Positions 54,919 through 64,000 of a DNA stretch of 64,000 nt are shown here, one piece after another. Position 1 is the first letter of the stretch; each line of letters opens with the position of its first letter. A program made the position numbers and the translations under genes. Source of the DNA: Guillardia theta CCMP2712. Taxonomy: Eukaryota; Protista; Cryptophyta. Under the pieces are notes generated by a model. That model saw nothing but the letters and a program-made list of their open reading frames with translations. It was not told the origin of the DNA and ran no database searches. The stretch covers positions 275,950-339,949 of the forward strand of contig NW_005434590.1 of NCBI RefSeq assembly GCF_000315625.1. The letters are read 5' to 3'.

Positions 54919-56180
54919 TCACTCCACAGTTATAAATCTTGCAACAAGGCTGCAGCATTTTGTCGTTCTTTCCCTATTCCCATCTGAAGACTCGATCGAG
55001 TCTTGTGTGTGATCCGGTTTAACTGTCGTCCTATCCTTCTCCGGGTGCAACTCATTGCAAAACGTGATGTAACTCAGCTGTACCCTTCCATCGATGTTTC
55101 TGACCCGCTCTTGATACCAATACGTCATCATGTTCCTGACTGATACTTTCTGTGGCCAATCGAAATCTGTAGCAACCATTTAGCGCTCTCCCCCCCCATT
55201 CGAACCAATCGCCCTCTACCTGGTCATCATTCAATGATTGTTCTTCACTATTCGACGACACATCTTCTTCCATGTCTGATCCTGATCTTGCTTCCGAGCT
55301 GTATATTTCCGAAAGCATTTTATTGTCTTGTGTTCATTCCCCCCATACACACCTCTGTTCGACCCAACTTCCGTCTCGCTCAGAATTGTTTGAATCCAAG
55401 GCAGATACCATGGTTTCATTTGGAGCCTCAGGTTCATTCACAACGGCAAAGTTCATCCCTGTAATCCTTCTCATTTGCATCAACCAGGTGTGAACATTTC
55501 TGTTTCATGTTCTCCTCTCTGCTATGCAGCTTCATCCAAAATCTCGTGAAACCTTGCCGTGTTTGTTTTGGGTTCTTCTTCAGTGTCTTGTTCATTGTGA
55601 ACATGCCTTCAATCTTGGATACTTTCGTCACCAGCTCCTTGATAGTATGAATGATATCCGTCATTCTTGGAGCCCCATGTGCGAGCATGCCACACTCTTG
55701 GCAACTGTGAACCTTCAATACTACTTTGTAACCTAGCTGATTCAATCTACTCATCGTGTCGTCCAAACATGCCAAATAGCGGAATTTCCCATATGGAGTG
55801 CTGTGGATCAGGGAACCATGCTTGCAGAGTGGGACGATGATACAAAATACTAGCCAGAAAGAAAGGAATACAATTTCTGTACCCCGCGGCAGTTCAATGA
55901 AACTCTTGATGAATTTGTCCCATCCTATTGCTTGTAACTCTCGCATCCCTTCGGGAGAAAAATCTGGTGGTAGCACAGCAAATTTGGCCGTGCTAGGATC
56001 GTTCCCTGCCAAACGTCTGCCACACATCTGATCGCCCCCTGCTCCTCCCACGATGTACCGGTCTTCTGTGTCACCTGTCAACCACAATAGTCAGCATAGT
56101 GCCAAGGAGAGCATCACATTCATGGATGACCTATCCTCCGGTTGGCTCGAATGCAAACAGTAGGCACTCCTGCATTGTAT
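54919..56180 (-). pseudogene. Degenerate 3' part of a Crypton-like tyrosine-recombinase transposon gene
   Basis: PTVCIRANRRIG-(intron)-DTEDRYIVGGAGGDQMCGRRLAG...FAVLPPDF, then FEWGGR and DFDWP.....MMTYW, spread over several broken frames. Confidence 0.7.
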
Positions 56181-57069
56181 GTATGCAGCCTGATGAGCGT
56201 TACGCTCCATCCCTCATGTCAAGAGACAAGCAAAAGCCTAGCGTCAGCCCAGGCGGAGTGAGATGGCGACGAGATGCAGAAGAGGGTCATGAGTCGCTCT
56301 TAGTTATCGAATGATGCAACGAGGAGACCCATGTAACCTGTAAGCTGCATGGTTGGACTCTGCACTCTTTAGTCCCGCATCTGATGTTGAGGGGCAGATG
56401 AAGACAGATGGTTGCAGTGTTGGATGATGACATGCAACGTTGTGGTCGTCGATGGTCCCCTCCTCACCATGAGGATGCAAATGTGATGGACTGGTTTTGA
56501 AGATGATGGGCTGGTTTTGAAGTTGCTACATCTGCTTCAACATTATGGGCAAGGAAGCGAGTAAAATGCTGCTTCAGGCTGCTGCCAAGCATTTGAGACT
56601 GAGCCCTCACACACACAATCACCTTGTTTTGAAGAAGAGTGAGACAGGTAAATAGGTCAAGGCAACCTTTTTGGACACTGCAGAAAGCTTCTTTCTTCAT
56701 TACTTCACCTTGCTTCAACATGGAGATCAGAGGAAATCGCATCGTGATGGCTTTTGAAAGTTGCACATGGCGATGGAAACACTTGGAAATCAAGTAAGCG
56801 CAAGTAGTTGTATGAGCGTATTACACGTTGCACCACCTCCCATCATGACACGGTTGATCAAGTACAACATGAAAGTGATCAACTAGGTTGCCTTTCAACC
56901 TCTACACACTACCCCTGCAAGTCTGTTCCACAGCATGTCGATCTCATCCTGCAGATATCAGCCTGATCGTCTTCCCAGCCCCTTGACGACCAGCCGCCGC
57001 TTCTTGTCGGATCTTTGCCTCGCCTACCACACGCCTCCCCGGCTCATCCTTGCTAACGCCGGTTTGAGC

Positions 57070-58962
57070 TCACGCGATATCCATACCCGCTACCTCTGCC
57101 TGCCTTTCTTCCTGCCCTCCCTTCCATCCGTACTTCTCCAGCGCACCGCAGCCCTTGATTTTGCCTATCCGAAAGCTCTCGAGCCTGTCTCGCGGCACCA
57201 TGAACACCACCCTCACCTTCCATCCAGCTGCTGGGATGCCTAGCCCCGTGAGAGCCTCTGCGAAGAAAGCCAGCTTGAAAGAGTGGACGTCTGCCTCTGT
57301 CACCTGCACAAACTCTACTAACTTCCCGCGAGGCTCTACTATGATAGCGTCGTAGCCTCCTTGAAGGGGGTTGACGGGCTTCAAGCAAGTTCTCTCTGCA
57401 GGAAGCGTTTGCATGCCTCCCTTTGCATCAAAGGTGATGACTGGACATCCCTCCCATTGCGTGAGCTCTTGAGATCCCCGATACCTCAGGCTCAGCCCGC
57501 ACTTGATCTTCTTGAAAAAGAAAAGCTCGAAAAGATGGCCCCTTGTAGTCGGATTGCTTGCCCTGTACCTTGAGAACAGCCTCTTCAGCGTGTCTAGTTC
57601 TGCCGCTTCTGCAAGCTTCGTCGCGACATACTTGCTCACAGGCATCCAGTTCGATTCCCCGTTGTACTTGAAGCACGCAATCAAGTGGTTTACCGCCTGC
57701 GGTGATGAGTCGCCCACGATGCCACTGAAGACGACTTCTAGGTTTGAACAGAAACTCAAAGCTTCATCCAGCCTCTCTTTCACCAATGATGCGGGCGTCT
57801 CGAACATGTACCGACATGAGCCGCCTGCCAGGTAGTATTTCAGCTTGATCTTCTCTCGTCTAGACCTGTTCCTCTTCCATGTCTTCAAGCCCATGCTCGC
57901 CGCACTTTCATCCTCCTCCAGCATGCATGCTACACGCTGATAGAAAACGTCCCACTCCACTGCTTCCAGGTACTCTCTCTCCGTCCAAGATACAACGGTG
58001 TGTTGTTGGAGATTCACCCGATTGTCATCTTCTAGTCGTGACTTTCCTCGAGAAGACATCGATGTCGCTACTACAACCCGTCGATTCTCTCGATCAGCTA
58101 GCAGCCATTTCCTACATGCGTCCAAAAAGTCTACGTGGTGTGACTCATGCCTCAAGAACCCGTCCAGGACCACCAAACCCTTCTTGTAGTCCTGCCATTC
58201 TTCCAGCATTCTGTTGATCCCTTCCCATGAGGAGCGCTTGGGAATCCTGCACCATCTCCTCTTACCACCGATGATTTGGATGCAATCAACGTCGTCGGAT
58301 ATATGCAGCCTGATGAGCGTTACGCTCCATTCCCTCATGTCAAGAGACAAGCAGAAGGCTAGCGTCGTCGTCGTCTTCCCCGTTCCCGGCGGGCCTTTGA
58401 TCCAGCCAAAAGCTCGCTGCTCCACCACCTTCTCCCTCAAGAAGCAGAGCTGACTCTTGAAAGCTTCCCGGCAGTAGAGAAGGAGCTCTCCGTCTCTTTG
58501 TAGGTAGGATGCATCGAGACGAAAGTACTTGTCGTCGTTGCAAAAGCCCATCCGATCCAGTCTTGCATCTGACTCGTTCCAAGCAATCGGTGGCACATGG
58601 GGTCCGGTGCTCTGTCTCAAAAGGATAAGTTCTTTTTCTCCAAGCTGCTTCTTTTCCTCTCCAAGCTGCTTCTTTTCTTCTCCAAGCTGCTTCTTGTCTT
58701 CTCCAAGTTGCTCGAGTCTCCTGACAAGGGCGGTCTTCATCGTGGGATCCTGTTCATATCTGATCTCATGCAGTACATCCTGGATGTTTTTTTCCACCTC
58801 AGTCTCGGCAGACTGCCTACTCACATTCATTCCAGAGTAGCACACCCGCCGCCTCTTGCTCGCCCCTTTGTTTCTTTCCTTGACTCCACTCGAGATATTA
58901 CCTCGTCCTCCCTCCCTAGCATCCCCTCCTCGTATGCGCAAGCAGCTTCCCCCCAAAGCCAT
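57070..58962 (-). CDS. Crinkler/RHS-type NTPase-nuclease, copy 3 (630 aa)
   Basis: Same motifs as copy 1. Confidence 0.8.
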   Translation of the reverse strand: MALGGSCLRIRGGDAREGGRGNISSGVKERNKGASKRRRVCYSGMNVSRQSAETEVEKNIQDVLHEIRYEQDPTMKTALVRRLEQLGEDKKQLGEEKKQLGEEKKQLGEKELILLRQSTGPHVPPIAWNESDARLDRMGFCNDDKYFRLDASYLQRDGELLLYCREAFKSQLCFLREKVVEQRAFGWIKGPPGTGKTTTTLAFCLSLDMREWSVTLIRLHISDDVDCIQIIGGKRRWCRIPKRSSWEGINRMLEEWQDYKKGLVVLDGFLRHESHHVDFLDACRKWLLADRENRRVVVATSMSSRGKSRLEDDNRVNLQQHTVVSWTEREYLEAVEWDVFYQRVACMLEEDESAASMGLKTWKRNRSRREKIKLKYYLAGGSCRYMFETPASLVKERLDEALSFCSNLEVVFSGIVGDSSPQAVNHLIACFKYNGESNWMPVSKYVATKLAEAAELDTLKRLFSRYRASNPTTRGHLFELFFFKKIKCGLSLRYRGSQELTQWEGCPVITFDAKGGMQTLPAERTCLKPVNPLQGGYDAIIVEPRGKLVEFVQVTEADVHSFKLAFFAEALTGLGIPAAGWKVRVVFMVPRDRLESFRIGKIKGCGALEKYGWKGGQEERQAEVAGMDIA

Positions 58963-60343
58963 CCTCAGATTGTAGTCAGCACATCGCCCAGGACATGGAA
59001 ATGACGCTCCCTGTTACAAGCACAGCTCAGAAAAACCTTCCCTCCAACCCTCAGGTCGCTCCTCACCACCGCGCTCGAGATGATGATGGAGCTCAAGCCT
59101 ATCAAGCCTACAGCCCTGCCCATAGCCCTCGCTCCTCTCCCTCTTGCTTCTCTCTGCGGGCTGCGCATCTTGACCTCAGCAAGCGGCTCCTTGTCAGCCT
59201 TGCCGACTCCTGCTCTGCCATCCAGCGCACCCGCGAGGGGGTATTCGGTACTCGCTAGGGGTCGTCAGAGGGGGTAGGGTACTTGAGCCATGTATGTTAC
59301 AAGTAGAGGAGAGACGAATGCTCGTATGATCAGAACGTGTAGCTGATGAGCGTGATACTTTTACTCTTCAGGTCCCTCATGCGTCATCGTTGATGGCTTT
59401 CATCGCTGACAAGATCATAGCATGGGCAAGAGCTGCTTGTTGCTAGACCTCAGCCATGGCGGAGTGAGATGGCGACGGGATGCAGCAGAGAGTCATGAGT
59501 CGCTCTTAGTTATCGAATGATGCAACGAGGAGACCCATGTAACCTGTAAGCTGCATGGTTGGACTCTGCACTCTTTAGTCCCGCATCTGATGTTGAGGGG
59601 CAGATGAAGACAGATGGTTGCAGTGTTGGATGATGACATGCAGTGTTGGATGATGACATGCAACGTTGTGGTCGTCGATGGTCCCCTCCTATAGTTGCTC
59701 ACGCCCTCTGAAAGAACACACCATGAGGATGCAAATGTGATGGACCGGTTTTGAAGATGATGGACCGGTATTGAAGATGATGGACTGGTTTTGAAGTTGC
59801 TACATCTGCTTCAACATTATGGGCAAGGAAGCGAGTAAAATGCTGCTTCAGGCTGCTGCCAAGCATTTGAGACTGAGCCCTCACACACACAATCACCTTG
59901 TTTTGAAGAAGAGTGAGACAGGTAAATAGGTCAAGGCAACCTTTTTGGACACTGCAGAAAGCTTCTTTCTTCATTACTTCACCTTGCTTCAACAAGGAGA
60001 TCAGAGGAAATCGCATCGTGATGGCTTTTGAAAGTTGCACATGGCGATGGAAACACTTGGAAATCAAGTAAGCGCAAGTAGTTGTATGAGCGTATTACAC
60101 GTTGCACCACCTCCCATCATGACACGGTTGATCAAGTACAACATGAAAGTGATCAACTAGGTTGCCTTTCAACCTCTACACACTACCCCTGCAAGTCTGT
60201 TCCACAGCATGTCGATCTCATCCTGCAGATATCAGCCTGATCGTCTTCCCAGCCCCTTGACGACCAGCCGCCGCTTCTTGTCGGATCTTTGCCTCGCCTA
60301 CCACACGCCTCCCCGGCTCATCCTTGCTAACGCCGGTTTGAGC

Positions 60344-62257
60344 TCACGCGATATCCATACCCGCTACCTCTGCCTGCCTCCCTTCCTGCCCTCCCTTCCA
60401 TCCGTACTCCTCCAGCGCACCGCAGCCCTTGATTTTGCCTATCCGAAAGCTCTCGAGCCTGTCTCGCGGCACCATGAACACCACCCTCACCTTCCATCCA
60501 GCTGCTGGGATGCCTAGCCCCGTGAGAGCCTCTGCGAAGAAAGCCAGCTTGAAAGAGTGGACGTCTGCCTCTGTCACCTGCACAAACTCTACTAACTTCC
60601 CGCGAGGCTCTACTATGATAGCGTCGTAGCCTCCTTGAAGGGGGTTGACGGGCTTCAAGCAAGTTCTCTCTGCAGGAAGCGTTTGCATGCCTCCCTTTGC
60701 ATCAAAGGTGATGACTGGACATCCCTCCCATTGCGTGAGCTCTTGAGATCCCCGATACCTCAGGCTCAGCCCGCACTTGATCTTCTTGAAAAAGAAAAGC
60801 TCGAAAAGATGGCCCCTTGTAGTCGGATTGCTTGCCCCGTACCTTGAGAACAGCCTCTTCAGCGTGTCTAGTTCTGCCGCTTCTGCAAGCTTCGTCGCGA
60901 CATACTTGCTCACAGGCATCCAGTTCGATTCCCCGTTGTACTTGAAGCACGCAATCAAGTGGTTTACCGCCTGCGGTGATGAGTCGCCCACGATGCCACT
61001 GAAGACGACTTCTAGGTTTGAACAGAAACTCAAAGCTTCATCCAGCCTCTCTTTCACCAATGATGCGGGCGTCTCGAACATGTACCGACATGAGCCGCCT
61101 GCCAGGTAGTATTTCAGCTTGATCTTCTCTCGTCTAGACCTGTTCCTCTTCCATGTCTTCAAGCCCATGCTCGCCGCACTTTCATCCTCCTCCAGCATGC
61201 ATGCTACACGCTGATAGAAAACGTCCCACTCCACTGCTTCCAGGTACTCTCTCTCCGTCCAAGATACAACGGTGTGTTGTTGGAGATTCACTTCATCGTC
61301 TTCAGGGTCATTCTTCTTTCCTCGAGAAGACATCGATGTCGCTACTACAACCCGTCGATTCTCTCGATCAGCTAGCAGCCATTTCCTACATGCGTCCAAA
61401 AAGTCTACGTGGTGTGACTCATGCCTCAAGAACCCGTCCAGGACCACCAAACCCTTCTTGTAGTCCTGCCATTCTTCCAGCATTCTGTTGATCCCTTCCC
61501 ATGAGGAGCGCTTGGGAATCCTGCACCATCTCCTCCTACCACCGACGATTCGGATGCAATCAACGTCGTTGGATATATGCAGCCTGATGAGCGTTACGCT
61601 CCATTCCCTCATGTCAAGAGACAAGCAGAAGGCTAGCGTCGTCGTCGTCTTCCCCGTTCCCGGCGGGCCTTTGATCCAGCCAAAAGCTCGCTGCTCCACC
61701 ACCTTCTCCCTCAAGAAGCAGAGCTGACTCTTGAAAGCTTCCCGGCAGTAGAGAAGGAGCTCTCCGTCTCTTTGTAGGTAGGATGCATCGAGACGAAAGT
61801 ACTTGTCGTCGTTGCAAAAGCCCATCCGATCCAGTCTTGCATCTGACTCGTTCCAAGCAATCGGTGGCACATGGGGTCCGGTGCTCTGTCTCAAAAGGAT
61901 AAGTTCTTTTTCTCCAAGCTGCTTCTTGTCTTCTCCAAGTTGCTCGAGTCTCCTGACAAGGGCGGTCTTCATCGTGGGATCCTGTTCATATCTGATCTCA
62001 TGCAGTACATCCTGGATGTTTTTTTCCACAAGCTTCATCTTTGCTTCTACCCCCTTGATATCTGCTTCCACAAGCTCGATCTCTCCTTCTACCTCAGTCT
62101 CGGCAGACTGCCTACTCACATTCATTCCAGAGTAGCACACCCGCCGCCTCTTGCTCGCCCCTTTGTTTCTTTCCTTGACTCCACTCGAGATATTACCTCG
62201 TCCTCCCTCCCTAGCATCCCCTCCTCGTATGCGCAAGCAGCTTCCCCCCAAAGCCAT
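60344..62257 (-). CDS. Crinkler/RHS-type NTPase-nuclease, copy 4 (637 aa)
   Basis: Same motifs as copy 1. Confidence 0.8.
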   Translation of the reverse strand: MALGGSCLRIRGGDAREGGRGNISSGVKERNKGASKRRRVCYSGMNVSRQSAETEVEGEIELVEADIKGVEAKMKLVEKNIQDVLHEIRYEQDPTMKTALVRRLEQLGEDKKQLGEKELILLRQSTGPHVPPIAWNESDARLDRMGFCNDDKYFRLDASYLQRDGELLLYCREAFKSQLCFLREKVVEQRAFGWIKGPPGTGKTTTTLAFCLSLDMREWSVTLIRLHISNDVDCIRIVGGRRRWCRIPKRSSWEGINRMLEEWQDYKKGLVVLDGFLRHESHHVDFLDACRKWLLADRENRRVVVATSMSSRGKKNDPEDDEVNLQQHTVVSWTEREYLEAVEWDVFYQRVACMLEEDESAASMGLKTWKRNRSRREKIKLKYYLAGGSCRYMFETPASLVKERLDEALSFCSNLEVVFSGIVGDSSPQAVNHLIACFKYNGESNWMPVSKYVATKLAEAAELDTLKRLFSRYGASNPTTRGHLFELFFFKKIKCGLSLRYRGSQELTQWEGCPVITFDAKGGMQTLPAERTCLKPVNPLQGGYDAIIVEPRGKLVEFVQVTEADVHSFKLAFFAEALTGLGIPAAGWKVRVVFMVPRDRLESFRIGKIKGCGALEEYGWKGGQEGRQAEVAGMDIA

Positions 62258-63677
62258 CCTCAGATTGTAGTCAGCACATCGCCCAGGACATGGAAATGAC
62301 GCTCCCTGTTACAAGCACAGCTCAGAAAAACCTTCCCTCCAACCCTCAGGTCGCTCCTCACCACCGCGCTCGAGATGATGATGGAGCTCAAGCCTATCAA
62401 GCCTACAGCCCTGCCCATAGCCCTCGCTCCTCTCCCTCTTGCTTCTCTCTGCGGGCTGCGCATCTTGACCTCAGCAAGCGGCTCCTTGTCAGCCTTGCCG
62501 ACCTGCTCTGCCATCCAGCGCACCCGCGAGGGGGTATTCGGTACTCGCTAGGGGTCGTCAGAGGGGGTAGGGTACTTGAGCCATCTCCGTATGGCGCGCC
62601 GCGAGGGTCGACGGAGGTTGTGGACTTGAAGCTGGGTAGCAACATTTATGTTACAAGTAGAGGAGAGACGAATGCTCGTATGATCAGAACGTGTAGCTGA
62701 TGAGCGTGATACTTTTACTCTTCAGGTCCCTCATGCGTCATCGTTGATGGCTTTCATCGCTGACAAGATCATAGCATGGGCAAGAGCTGCTTGTTGCTAG
62801 ACCTCAGCCATGGCGGAGTGAGATGGCGACGGGATGCAGCAGAGAGTCATGAGTCGCTCTTAGTTATCGAATGATGCAACGAGGAGACCCATGTAACCTG
62901 TAAGCTGCATGGTTGGACTCTGCACTCTTTAGTCCCGCATCTGATGTTGAGGGGCAGATGAAGACAGATGGTTGCAGTGTTGGATGATGACATGCAACGT
63001 TGTGGTCGTCGATGGTCCCCTCCTATAGTTGCTCACGCCCTCTGAAAGAACTGTGTGCCAGGAGGCACCAGACACCATGAGGATTCAAATGTTATGGACT
63101 GGTTTTGAAGATGATGGACCGGTTTTGAAGTTGCTACATCTGCTTCAACATTATGGGCAAGGAAGCGAGTAAAATGCTGCTTCAGGCTGCTGCCAAGCAT
63201 TTGAGACTGAGCCCTCACACACACAATCACCTTGTTTTGAAGAAGAGTGAGACAGGTAAATAGGTCAAGGCAACCTTTTTGGACACTGCAGAAAGCTTCT
63301 TTCTTCATTACTTCACCTTGCTTCAACAAGGAGATCAGAGGAAATCGCATCGTGATGGCTTTTGAAAGTTGCACATGGCGATGGAAACACTTGGAAATCA
63401 AGTAAGCGCAAGTAGTTGTATGAGCGTATTACACGTTGCACTACCTCCCATCATGACACGGTTGATCAAGTACAACATGAAAGTGATCAACTAGGTTGCC
63501 TTTCAACCTCTACACACGACCCCTGCAAGTCTGTTCCACAGCATGTCGATCTCATCCTGCAGATATCAGCCTGATCGTCTTCCCAGCCCCTTGACGACCA
63601 GCCGCCGCTTCTTGTCGGATCTTTGCCTCGCCTACCACACGCCTCCCCGGCTCATCCTTGCTAACGCCGGTTTGAGC

Positions 63678-64000
63678 TCACGCGATATCCATACCCGCTA
63701 CCTCTGCCTGCCTCCCTTCCTGCCCTCCCTTCCATCCGTACTTCTCCAGCGCACCGCAGCCCTTGATTTTGCCTATCCGAAAGCTCTCGAGCCTGTCTCG
63801 CGGCACCATGAACACCACCCTCACCTTCCATCCAGCTGCTGGGATGCCTAGCCCCGTGAGAGCCTCTGCGAAGAAAGCCAGCTTGAAAGAGTGGACGTCT
63901 GCCTCTGTCACCTGCACAAACTCTACTAACTTCCCGCGAGGCTCTACTATGATAGCGTCGTAGCCTCCTTGAAGGGGGTTGACGGGCTTCAAGCAAGTTC
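63678..64000 (-). CDS. Crinkler/RHS-type NTPase-nuclease, copy 5 (3' end only, cut by the window)
   Basis: C-terminal region matches the other copies. Confidence 0.75.
   Translation of the reverse strand, partial: TCLKPVNPLQGGYDAIIVEPRGKLVEFVQVTEADVHSFKLAFFAEALTGLGIPAAGWKVRVVFMVPRDRLESFRIGKIKGCGALEKYGWKGGQEGRQAEVAGMDIA

Larger units (their letters stand above)
56248..64000 (-). repeat. Right arm of the tandem array, inverted relative to the left arm, runs off the window
   Basis: Periods 3274 and 3334 bp. Confidence 0.95.

Overview
Eukaryotic nuclear DNA with short GT-AG introns and many GGA/CT microsatellites. The style resembles a cryptophyte such as Guillardia theta, which is an inference. 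The first ~9 kb holds two convergent intron-rich housekeeping genes running into an assembly gap (a pyridoxamine-5'-phosphate-oxidase-related FMN-binding protein on +, adenylosuccinate synthetase on -) and one hypothetical gene. The rest is a nested mobile-element landscape. (1) A truncated LTR with a 13x34-bp expansion. (2) A chromodomain-bearing Ty3/Gypsy element (13198-19533, TSD ACAAG). (3) A palindromic array of ~3.3-kb units encoding Crinkler/RHS-type P-loop NTPase + PD-(D/E)xK nuclease proteins, centred on a Crypton-like remnant. (4) A ~26.4-kb endogenous Polinton-like virus (PLV; 20825-47231) inserted at a GC dinucleotide in that array. The PLV encodes a tyrosine recombinase (split by a 3.5-kb non-autonomous Copia-type element), a PrimPol-PriCT2-helicase, a Tlr6F-like protein, minor capsid proteins, a packaging ATPase, a frameshifted major capsid protein, a fibre and a GIY-YIG nuclease. 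No protein-primed PolB was seen. Most unusual features: PLV ends built as direct repeats outside ~580-bp inverted repeats (X-IR-core-IR'-X'); iteron-like modules with concerted changes plus a third copy behind the primase gene; an exact 15-mer promoter motif on five non-structural genes; a capsid-like paralog with nested LamG/Gly-rich insertions; and a perfect hairpin where the Copia-type element's primer-binding site (PBS) should be. All protein family calls rest on motif recognition by eye, with no database search.
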